Positions 14,524 through 25,500 of a DNA stretch of 64,000 nucleotides are shown here, in pieces. A program made the position numbers and the translations under genes. Numbering within the stretch: position 1 is the stretch's first letter; every line of letters begins with the position of its first letter. The notes beneath the pieces were generated by a model. The model did not search any database and was not told the DNA's origin. It saw only the letters and a program-made list of their open reading frames with translations. This stretch comes from Camelus ferus (taxonomy: Eukaryota): assembly GCF_009834535.1 (NCBI RefSeq), contig NC_045708.1, forward strand, positions 434,001 through 498,000, read 5' to 3'.

Positions 14524-14600
14524 GCCATTTATTCATTCACAAAATATTTCCTGGCAGCTCAGGTGTCTGCAGACACACCTTCAGTGTTGCACAGCTAGGA
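14524..14600 (-). mobile_element. L2 3' end remnant
   Basis: atttattcattcacaaaatatttcc resembles the antisense L2 tail (attcattcaacaaatatttattgag). Confidence 0.5.
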
Positions 14601-17600
14601 GGGGCCCAGAGAGTTCTGTCCCCACATCCGGTGTCCCAGGTGTGAGCCCTGCCCCCACCCAGGCATGGGAGCCAGGCCAGGGGTGCTGGGCAGAAACAGC
14701 TGTGGTGGGTGCACTGGGGAGGAACAGGCAGAGCCTGGTGCTGGCCCTGAGAGCTGAGGCCCCTCGCCCTGCTCCTTGGCCTGCCCCCTACCTCCGGGGA
14801 GCCCCCTACAAGATGCTGACACGGACTGTCGCTCCCTTCTTTCTCTTTCCTGTGCAAGCCTGCCTGGACCCTGCCTGGGGCTGGGGCAGGGCGTGGTGGT
14901 CATCTCCCTGTTACAGAAGGTTCCAGCACAGGGAGCCAAGACTAGGGAGGGGTTTTACCTCAGGAAGGGCATCACCGTTCAGTTCCCTGCATGGGTTGAA
15001 AACCCAGGAGCATCTGAACTTCTGCCTTCCTTTCTGCCTCCCAGCCCTGCCCATTGGGCTCTGCCTCTGATGCGGATGGCCCCATATCTTCTTCAAGGCC
15101 TGGCTCCTGCCCCACCCTGCCCCTGCGCAGGCCAGGAGCCCTTGCCTCCTCTGTGAAGCCTGCCCCTGCCCTTTCTGCCTCCCAGGCTTCTTTACAGCCC
15201 TCACACACTGGCAGGCCCCCACCCAAGGACCCTGGGACTTCCTGTAGCTTCTGCCCACCTGGTCTGGCATGCCCCACCCCCCTGGGGGAAAATAAATAGC
15301 CAGTCCTCTCTGCAAACTCACCACTGCCCTTCCCCCTTCCAGCTCCGCATGTCCCCAGTGCAGAATCTGTCATGTGGCTGGACCAGCATGGAGATGACGG
15401 CTGAATGCAGACGGGGTGGCACCCTCCCCCACCGTGCCCAGGCCACCCACCCCATCGGCCATCTTTCCTGCCACCCTGGCTGTTGCCAGCAGAAGGACTG
15501 GGTGGGGATCAGCTCTGGGGCCAAAGAGGATGGGACAATGGGCCCTCCAGACTCCTAGGACTGGCCCTCTGGCCCTGGCATGTCCCTGACCACAAACGGG
15601 CAGGTCGAGTCTAGAAGAATGCGTGGGTAGGGCAGCTGGGTGGGTGGTGGCAGGGGCCTCTGGGCCCTGCTGCTCTTGGCCACCCCTTCCTTCTGCCCCA
15701 CTTACTGTTGTGGGGTGGGGTCAGGGTCCTTGGGCTCGCCCACACCTCCGACTTCCAGCCTCTGTGTCCCCTGGCATGTATATGGGTGGTGGGGGAGATA
15801 CAATTGACAAGAACCACAGTACAGGCACCCCCAGGGGGTAGGGAGGGGCCAGGCTGCTCTGCCCCCTCAGGCCTAGCAGAGTGACCTCAGCCGGGGTCGC
15901 GGGTGGGGTCGGAGGCCTGGGGAGCTGGCCTTTTCCCTGGGGTCAACATGGCCACAGCAAGCTGGGGACAAAAGGCCCTTCTTCTCTGCAGAGGCCTGGG
16001 TGGAGCGGAGGAGGGCGCGTTCCCGCAGACCAGCGGTGGTCAGGGGCAGTGCCTTGGAGAGCCATCTCCCTGGGTTTCATGGAACCCTGTCCACCTGCCT
16101 GCAGACCAACAGACAGCGTGGGCCAGCTCCAGGAAGTGATGCTTAGGGACTCCCTCTGGCACACAGGCTGCTCCTTCCTTCTGGTCCCACAGACACCAGG
16201 CCCAGGCAGACTCTGGGCCCAGGGGAGGTGGAGGGCTGGGGCCAGAGCACGCTGTGCCCTGGCTGCCCAGTCCTTCTCTGCTCCCTGCCGCCCCCAGGCC
16301 TGTCTTCCTTCAGAGAGGAGGATTCCGGGCCATTATATTTGTACTTCCTCTGGCGTCTGCCTCAAGCCCAGCCCTAGCCCTGACCACTCCATCCCTCGCT
16401 GACCCCCATCTTCCCTGGGGACACTCCATCGGCCCATGTCTCCCTCGGGCTGATCCTGGAGGCAGGAGTAGTGTGGGGGACTGGGAGAGCAGTGCTGAGT
16501 GGATGGGGCTGGGGTGGTCTCCCAGGGGTCAGGCCAGAGTTCAGTGTGAGTGCTGGGGGTGACCCTGGGCAGAGGTGAGGAGGAACTGTCAGCCAAGGCT
16601 GGGCCTCCCATCCTTTCTCCCTCAGATGGAGAGGCTGGAGGGAGGAGGATGGCTGCTTCCTCGAGGGCTTGCGTCATGGCCAAGAAGAGCAGCTCAATTT
16701 TTCCAGAAGGGACGGAAACGTCCCCGTCAACCCCGCAGCAAAGCTGAGGTGTGACTGTGGGCTCACCCTCTGGGCAGGACTGGGGATGCCACAGGGCAGA
16801 CTCAGCATGGCCTGGCTCCCTGCCTGGGGCAGGTGGGTGCCCAGCGAGATGGAGGATGAGCCAAGACGTGCTGGCACGTATCTACCTGGGTGGTCTCCCC
16901 GCCGGGCCCCCAGGTCTCTAGCTGCTGCTGGTGCTGCAGCATCATGGCCTCTGCTCAGCTCATAGTCCCTCCCTGCAGCAGCCCTGGTCAGCCGTGTGTG
17001 CTGGAGGGCTGAGGGCCAGGCGAGCAAGGTCCCTAGGGAAGTAAACCCTGAACTTTGGGGGTTCAAGCCCATTGCTGCCCCCTCAGCGACCAGGCGGAAG
17101 CACCAGGCAGCTTCTGGTCCCAGCCAAGGCCTGAGGTCTGTGGAGCTGAGCCAGCACTGCCACTGCCAAGATTCCCGGCAAGGGGGTGGGGGCGGCGGGG
17201 ACACAGTTCTCGCTTGTTCCTGCCCCAGCTCCTCAGGCTCAGCTGAGCCGCTTCCTTTTTTAGGCAAAGTCAGCCTGTCTCAAAGCCCGGCGTCTCACCT
17301 GCCAGAAAGGGAGGAAGGAAAACCATTGAGTCCCATCCGTCCTCCTGGGGAGGGGGAAAGGGAGGGGACATCCTGGCAGAGATGGCCCTGCTGCCTCGCC
17401 CTGCGGGACCTGTGCCCCTCCCCAGCTAAGCAGAAAGGAGTGGTTGGGAGAGGGCAGTGGTTACCCCACCACAAGGAATCTTAGGAGTGAGGGGGGTGAG
17501 GCTCTCCTGGACCTCAATTCCTGCCCAGGGATGCTGAACTGCCTCACCTAAGAGCAAAGAATCTGCCCTGGGGGCTGAGTGTCCCTCAGGGTGTCCCTGG

Positions 17601-18289
17601 CAGCCAGCCACCTCTGGTCTGGTCTAGCAAAGATCCCAGGATGCAAGCCACCTGGCCCACCAGGCAGTCCCTCCAGAGGGCTGCTCCAGTGGGCTGCTGG
17701 GGGTCTGTCCTCAGTCTTGGAGTCTGGGCCCCTCATTGGGCAGGATGTGGGGACAGCTACAGGCCCAGCATGGTCACACTGGACAGGGCCTGAACCAACC
17801 ATCCTCAGCCCTTATTCCCCTTCCTCTGAGAAGCCAGGTGGGTGGAGGCTTTGTGTCCCGCAAGGAGATTCCCCTCGAATGTCGCAGGCTTCTTTCCCCT
17901 CCCAACGCGCTGCATCCCTTCTAAGTTCAGCCCTTCTGATCTCTGTAGACCATTCCTTGGAGACACATGTCCCAGCCCCAGACACCTGCTCCTCCCCCAG
18001 CCCCGTGGCCAAGGCCTGGGCCGTGCTGGGGGTACGCTGTTTTTGGTGTCACCCACAAACTCTCATACCCCTATGGGGCTCTTTTGGGCCTGGCTTCAGG
18101 CACTTCCAGCACCGCGGAGGTGAGGGCAGTGTGTCTGGGGAAGACGCAGCTCAGGCGGCTCCCTGATCGGCTCCTCGCTGTGGGCAGCGGGGAGGGAGGA
18201 CCCATGACCTTACAGCCAGAAGGGGAGACTGTGGATCTGCGGGCGTGCATGTCACGAGTGTGTGCCTCGGCGGCAGCCCAGGGAGCTCT

Positions 18290-18730
18290 GCACGTCGCTG
18301 CGCATCTGGGCCCTGCGTGCGCGCGCCTCCCCGGAGCCTGGGCTCCTCGGCCCGCGGGGCAGCGCGCGCGCCGGGGCGGGGCCTCGGTGGGCGGGGCCTC
18401 CCGGGGGCGGGGCCCAGGGCCCGCCCGCGCGGCCGCGCGCCCCGCCGCCCAGGAGCGAGCCAGCGGCGAGCCGAGGCAGAGCGCGCCCGTCCCGTCGCGC
18501 ACGATGCTGCCCTGGACGGTTCTCGGCCTGGCCCTGAGCCTGCGGCTGCCGCGGAGCGGCGCGGAGCGTGGTGAGTGCGGCGGGGGCCCGGTCGGGCTCG
18601 GTTCTTGCGCCCCACCACCCTCCACACGGAGCCACGCTCTCCTGTCGCAGCTCCGGGGCCGGGGTGGCTGTCAGGGCACCCCACCCACTTGCGGCGCGCG
18701 GACCCCGCCGGCATCTCCGCGGGATTTGGG
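18290..18730. promoter_or_regulatory. CpG-island promoter and first exon of VWA1
   Basis: CpG-dense with multiple GGGGCGGGG boxes upstream of the ATG at 18504. Edges approximate. Confidence 0.8.
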
Positions 18731-21700
18731 GGCTTGGACCGGGAGGGGGAGGTGTGTGCCGGGGAGGCTGTCCCTACCTCAGTTTCCCTCTGCATGGAAT
18801 GGTAGAGGGATGGTAAGAAGATTGGCGGCGGCCTATTGGGTTGGGGGAAACTGAGGCCCCGAAGCTCCAAAGCCCAGACCACTGTCTGTTCGAGGCACGT
18901 TGGTGGAGGGACCCATCTGCCCCGCCCCGCCCCCAAGATGCCGACAGGAAGGGAGAGAGAGGCCTGGGAGGGGCCGATCAGGCCCTGAGGCTGCTGCAGC
19001 AGGTAACCTGCTTTCTGGGTCCAGATAGAGCAAAGGATGGGGGCCAAGGGAGGGGTGACATCATCTGTGAGTGGGGTCACGACTCCAACCCGGCCATCTG
19101 GTCTGTGGGAGGGGTTGCAATCAATGCTGTGTCTTCCCAATCCCTCCAGCTCTGTACCCAGTCTCCTCAGCTGCTTTGTGCCCCTCCAGCCTGACTCCTC
19201 ATGGGTGGCCTTACCTGGAGGCTGCACTCCAGCCTGGAGGCTGCTTCTCTGGAAGCCAAGCCTGAGGGAGCAGCCCTGGTGGCCCAGACCCATCCACCCA
19301 CCACTCCTGAGGGCTGGGCCAGGACCCTGGGCTCCAGCCTGCACTCAGAGTCTGCTGAAGTGTGGGGGCTTGGAGGGGTCAGCTCTCCTTTGCAGGAGAA
19401 GTGACATGAGCCCGGAAGTGCCCAGGTCTGTGGCCAGGGTACAGAGCTGGAACCGCTGAAACTGTGGACCTCCTGCTGGCTTAGAACCCCTCTCCCCGCT
19501 GGGGTGCTACCCCAGGACCTTTGGGTGTGTGACTGAGAAGGCGCTCAGGGATTCCTTGTGTAAGGGCAAGTGCTGGCTTAGGGAAATCTCAGGTGCTGGG
19601 GGTTCTGCCCTGGGTGTGGGGCTGTTAGGGGGCCACCACCTGGGGCTGAACCCTCCCCTCTCCCCCAGGCCTCCCGGCATCTGTCCCCCAGGGGGACCTG
19701 CTGTTTCTGTTGGACAGCTCGGCCAGCGTGTCTCATTATGAGTTTTCCCGAGTTCGGGAGTTTTTGGGGCAGCTGGCGGCCCTGTTGCCCCTGGGCCCTG
19801 GGGCCCTGCATGCCAGCCTGGTGCACGTGGGCAGCCAGCCACACACCGAGTTCCCCTTCGGCCAGCACAGCTCAGGCTCGACTGTCCAGGATGCCATTCG
19901 TGCTGCAGCCCAACGCATGGGTGACACCAACACTGGCCTGGCGCTGGCATACGCCAAGGAGCAGCTGTTTGCCGAGGAGGCGGGGGCCCGGCCCGGAGTG
20001 CCCAAGGTGCTGGTGTGGGTGACAGACGGCGGCTCCAGCGACCCCGTGGGGCCCCCTATGCAGGAGCTGAAGGACCTGGGCGTCACTGTCTTCATTGTCA
20101 GCACTGGCCGCGGCAACCTCCTGGAGTTGTCGGCCGCAGCCTCACCCCCCGCGGAGAAGCACCTGCACTTTGTGGATGTGGACGACCTGCACATGATCAC
20201 CCAGGAGCTGAGGGGCTCCGTTCTTGGTAGGTGGGAGGAGGCAGGGCCTGGGGGAACCCTAGTTGGGAGCTTGGGAAGAGAGCTGAGTCAGACTTCAGGA
20301 GGAATGTGCATGTCTGGAGCAGAGGCCAGGGCTGCAGGGGCAGTGTGCTCCCTGGAGGTTCAGGGACCAGGTGACACACATGGCTTCTCCAGGGACATGC
20401 TCAACTGTTCACCCCAGTTGCCCCCTACCTCGGTTGTGGTGGGACAGAGGGGCAGGTTTGTCTGAGTATACACCTCCAGGTGGGGCTGTCTGCTGGAGGC
20501 CCTATGAGTGAGGGACTTGGTGTGAGCCCAAGGGCTGAGGGGCTGCATCTGGTGGGATGTGCCTAAGAGGAGAGGAAGAGGAAGGAGGTTCCAAGCCTGA
20601 GGAATCTGTAGATGGAGCTTTCACTCCTGTATGTGTGCTGGAGGAGGAGAGCCAGCTCAGGAAGGGCCAAGAGCTGGGGCCCCACTCCCTGCCCCCCACC
20701 CTGTGAGGACCATCACCGAGAGGTCTGAGTGGATTGCACTGTAAGGGGTGTAGTGACTGCTGGAAAGGAGGCCAGACCAGACTGGGGAGGGCCTCCTGCA
20801 GGGGCTAGTAGCTCCACCCTGACCCAGCTAAACCCCGCAGGAGGAGGGGCTGGAGATGAAGGGCCTGGTCACTGGCTAGGTTTGCTGTAGCACCTGAAAA
20901 GTACCAAGTAACCCCAGGGTTCTTCCCTGTCTCTCTCTCTCTGGATTAATCATCCACCTGAACCTGGAAGGGGAGGGACTGTGGGTTGGAAGGGGGTGGA
21001 GGGTCCTTCCAAAGATTTACCCCAGGACACCCAGCCCCTGGCGGCCCCTGGGTCAACAACTGTGGCTGATCCTGGAGCAGAAAACAGGAGAAAGGGCAAG
21101 AGGCTGCCTCAGCCAGGTGGGGGCTGCTGGGATTGGGGGCGGGGCCTGAGTGTGGGGATGAGCAAGGTGAGTGTCAGGCTGGCAGCTGTACACACAGCAT
21201 CACAGAAAGCAGCACCAGTCCTGGGGGTCCTCGCCCTGCCCGGACGTTTCTCAGCCATACCCGCCTGCTCAGTCACCCAGATGGCCATGAGCTGCTTGGC
21301 ATCCAATCTCAGAAGTGGTAACAGGTTTGGGGGGCCCACTGTGCAGTTCCCCTCCACACTCTCCTGGGGACTGGAGGCGTGCAGCTCCTTGGGTTGTCAC
21401 ATCTCTGATGTCCTGCAGGGCACTCTCCAGTCCTGGCTGTATGCTGGGTCCCTTTACCTTCACCATCCAGAGCTGAGCTGACCCCAGACCCTGTGCTGGC
21501 TGGGCGGGGGGCTGGTCCTCTGTTCTCAGACATCACTTTGGATCTTGCCACCTTTGAGGGGCCCTTGTCCAGGCCACTGGACTGGGTGGGAGGTGGATGC
21601 TAACGGCCCCCACTGGTCTGGGTTTGGAGCTGAGGCAGGCAGGGAAGCTCCTGATGGTGCCTGGAGGAGGGTGAGGGGGTGCTGGCTGTGCTGGTGTCCT

Positions 21701-22575
21701 TCCTCCGGCACCAGCACAGTTTTGCGCAGCCTTCGCATCTGGTGGGCGTGGCCAAGGCTGGGCTGGCTCCTCAGGGCTCCTGCCCTCCTCATCTGGGCAT
21801 CTTCCCCTGGGGAGAAGGCGGTCTCCTTTCTCTGACCCTCTGCACCACCCGCAGACGCGATGTGGCCGCAGCAGCTCCGTGCCTCTGAGGTCACGTCTAG
21901 CGGCTTCCGTCTGGCCTGGCCGCCCCTACTGACCCCGGACTCGGGCTACTACGTGTTGGAGCTGATGCCCAGCGCCAAGCAGGGGACCGTGCTCCGCCAG
22001 CAGCTGCCAGGGAACGCGACGGGCTGGGCCTGGGCCGGCCTCGACCCCGACACGGAATACAACGTGGAGCTGATGCCAGAGTCCAACGTGCGGCTCTTGA
22101 GGCCACAGCACCTGCGAGTGCGCACGCTGCCGGGTGAGGCGGGGCGCGAAGGGCGGGTTAGGGTTCGCCGGGGTGCTGGGCCGGGGCGGGTGGGCGGGGG
22201 CGCAGCCCTACCCCGCTCACGGGCGCTTCTCCCGCAGAGGAGACCGGACCGGAGCGCATCGTCGTCTCGCACGCCAGGCCGCGCAGCCTGCGCGTGAGCT
22301 GGGCCCCGGCGCTGGGTCCGGCCGCCGCGCTCGGCTACCACGTGCAGGTCGGGCCGCTGCTGGGCGGCGCGGCGCAGCGCGTGGAGGTGCCCGCGGGCCG
22401 GAACAGCACCACGCTGCAGGGCCTGGCGCCCGGCACCGCCTACCTGGTGACCGTGACGGCGGCCTTCCGCTCGGGCCGCGAGAGGGCGCTGTCGGCCAAG
22501 GCCTGCACGCCCGATGGTGAGCGCAGCCGCGCCCCGCGTCCCCAGGCCCCGGAGGCTGGTGGCCGGGAGCCGTGA
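18504..22575 (+). CDS. VWA1: von Willebrand factor A domain-containing protein 1 (WARP), 413 aa
   Basis: Exons 18504-18570 (signal peptide MLPWTVLGLALSLRLPRSGAER), 19669-20226 (VWA domain with MIDAS DSSAS...T...TD), 21855-22133 (FN3-1) and 22238-22575 (FN3-2, ends GGREP*). Total 1242 nt, all GT-AG, phase 1. Confidence 0.96.
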
Positions 22576-25500
22576 GCTCTGGGCCGGCCTCGCCCGCGCA
22601 ACCGAAGGCCCCCTCCTCCCGAGCCCAGTTAGAGAGGCGCCCGCCACCCAAAACAGGGTCTTGCCCCGGGTGTGGGATGCTGGCCGGCCTTTGGCCCGCG
22701 GGGCCCCCGCGGCAGGAGAGCGCCCTGCTCTGGCGTCCGCTCTCCGGGACGTGGCCTTGTCTGACCCTCCGCTGCAGCTCTAGCAGCAGCGCGACCCGTC
22801 GCAACTCCTTCCCCTGCCCTGCCCAGAGCTGGGCTGTCGGTGGTGTCCTTTGGGCAGGATTTAGCAGGGAGCTGGACAAGGAGTCTGGGGTCCGGTTGAA
22901 ATCAGACCTGGGTTGGCTCTGGGCCTGGGACCTCAGGGCGTCTGGTGGCTGAGCCTCCTACTTGCGTTAAGGGCCAGACCCTCGAGTGACAAAGGCTAGC
23001 ATCTGTGTGAGGGAGCTTGGTCTAGATGGCAGCTCTGAGTCCATGGCCACTCGGGTCCTGGATGTTGAAAGGTGGATGAGGGAAGGGAAGGAGCTGGCTT
23101 TGGCCAAGTCCCAAAGGCTTCCCTGGGGGGACAGGACCTGGGAGGGGGAGGGTGGAGTGCTGGGGGTTGATCACGTGGGCAGCAGCCGGTGGATGGACAG
23201 GTCATCTTCACTAGGACCCTCAGCTGGCTTGGGGGCAGTGCTTGTTGGGGACAGTGGCACTGCTTTCCTTCCCACTACCCTACAGGGCCCAGCTACACCC
23301 ACTGGGATGCAGTTGGCACCTTTTGGGAGGAATGGGACAGGAGCCTGGCACTCAGGACCTTAGAGACAGGAGACCTCCCCCCTGTGGAGGCCCCAGGGCC
23401 CACATGGGCAGGGAGCCTTCCCTGCTTCTGGGTAGGGAGCTTCCATGCTGGGGGTAGCGATAAACAGTGTTCCTCCAGGGGCTTCACCCCAGCGGTTCTC
23501 TGCAGCATGTGACACCATGTCCTGTCACTCCTTACTATCCTGGGGCCACTGGACAAGGCAGCATTGCCCTCCCTCAGCCCCGCCAGGCACCTCCTCCTCT
23601 GCCTGGGCTGACCCAGTACTCACTTTGCCTCTTCCCTATGAATGTCTCAGACGAAAATAACAGTAAATCAGATGTAAACTGAATCCTGAAGTATCCTGAG
23701 AGTGTTTTACTCCTTGTCAAAACATGTCAGCCCTGTAAAAGGTTGCAAGTTAAAAAAGAAGAAGAAAAAAAAAAGTCTTGGGTGGAGGCCAGTGGTACCC
23801 AGGCTAGTGCTGGGGAAGAGGAGAGGGGAGCCATCCCCCTCCCAGTGCTGGGACTCAGGTCACCATGCCACTTGTGGCCTCTCTATGCACCTCCTCTTCA
23901 GAGAGCGTGGGTCCCGTGTTTGTGGGCTGGGACTGGGTGGTTTGGACCGGGCGTTGCTGGAACCAGGGGCAGCCAGCCCGCTCTGCAGGATGGCCTCCAT
24001 CTCTGCTGACACAGCCACACCCGCTTCCCCCCGCCACTTGCTAATGGGAAGAAGAGCCCCTCACCCAAGCAACTGCAGCATCGAGAGGGTTGGTCTCGGG
24101 GCCCCTAGTAGCATCTCAGTCTGCCTGCTGGGGCCTGGTGGGCCTGTGTGTGGAGGCAGGTTCCCCGGAGCTGCCTGCCACCTTTTCCCAAGCACCTGCC
24201 TCTGAGCGTCATGAGGCCCCCGGCCTACGTGCCCAGGGCTTGCACTGCCCATTAGTTCAGTGTGCTTGGCATTCGTGGGAGTAGCCTGTGCCCAGGGACC
24301 CCTGCCCTGCCTGTGTGAGCAGAGTAGGGAGCAGTGGAGCTGGGCTAAGGTTGTGAATCAAACCCTGGGTGCCGATGGTTGTGACTGGCCAGGCCAGAGT
24401 TGGGAGGATGCTCCTGGTGGATGTTGTTTCTCATCCATGTCCTCCCAACCCCCTTGAGGCAGGCCTAGGGAAGCCTCGGCCTGTGGCTATGCGGCTTTCT
24501 GCTTACTCCTTGACCGGTGGTCAGCAGTAAGCAGTCAGCTAAGGGTCAGAGACTCCTATGATCTCAGCTGCTGGCGAGTGTGAACAGCAGGGTCCCAGGT
24601 CCCAGGCAGCACTGCCCAGCAAGGGGAACCCTCCCCAGGCCTGGGACCTGGGCCGGATGCACCCCCGAGGGGCAGACCTCCCCCCATAGAAGCCTGTGTC
24701 CCTTAGCCTGAACCCCTTGGGGGCTTGCAGGTCCAAGTACACTGGCCACCCAGAAAAGTCCCTCTTCCACACTGAGCCCCCAAGCCCAGCTTGCAGAGCA
24801 CCCTGCAGGTGGCAGGAGGAAAAGTGGGAGATGCTGGCAGGTCGATTCTTAAGGGCTCAGTCACACTCTGAAGACAAGTTGAGTGATGAGCCCCTTCCCC
24901 AATCCCAAGAGAGGGCACAGTGGCTGGAAGACACACAACCCCACCCCCTGGAAGAGGCTCTGGGCTCACCTACTCGCTGCTGGATGCTGAGGCCCAGTGA
25001 CAGGAGCCCCCACTCCCCTCTTCGTGCCAAGGAACGCCTCTTCTGGAAGCCCTCACCTTGGAAGTGTTGCCCTTTGCTTCATCCCAGTCTTTAAAGGTTT
25101 TTGAGTCTGGGCCAGTCTGGGAACAGTCTCCAGGTCTCCTGCCCCTCCCCTCCACCTCCCGTGACACGTAGGCCCTGACTCCTTGGTTTACTGTGGGTCT
25201 GGGGCCGAGGCTGCACACTGCAGCCACTTCTTAAGGCAACTATGAGCTTCCCGGTGCACCTGAAAGTCAGAAAGGGCTGTGCAAGAGGTCCTGATCCATG
25301 TAGTGGGCCGGGTCCATGTGGCAGGAGTGGGCCAGGCTGGGGAGGAACCCGCTGCTTCCAGAGGACCCCAAAGGAGGCTCCCCCCGTGGTGCCGGGAGGC
25401 CTGGTTCTCACACTCACAAGGATTGCTGCTGTGTCCCAGGCTGTAGGAGGAGAAACCCAAGGGTCCACCAAGGCTGCGTGTCACACTTGTCCCATTTGGG

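Noticed and set aside
16709-16724. GGGACG-GAAA-CGTCCC GNRA hairpin as a structured RNA
   Set aside because: A 6-bp stem with a GNRA loop is expected roughly once by chance in 64 kb, and no larger structure is visible.
18151-19344. 397-aa antisense ORF over the VWA1 promoter
   Set aside because: Runs through a CpG island where stops are rare; Pro/Arg/Gly-rich with no recognisable domain.
21860-22297. VWA1 frameshift or pseudogene
   Set aside because: A 104-nt GT-AG intron at 22134-22237 restores a complete 413-aa protein.
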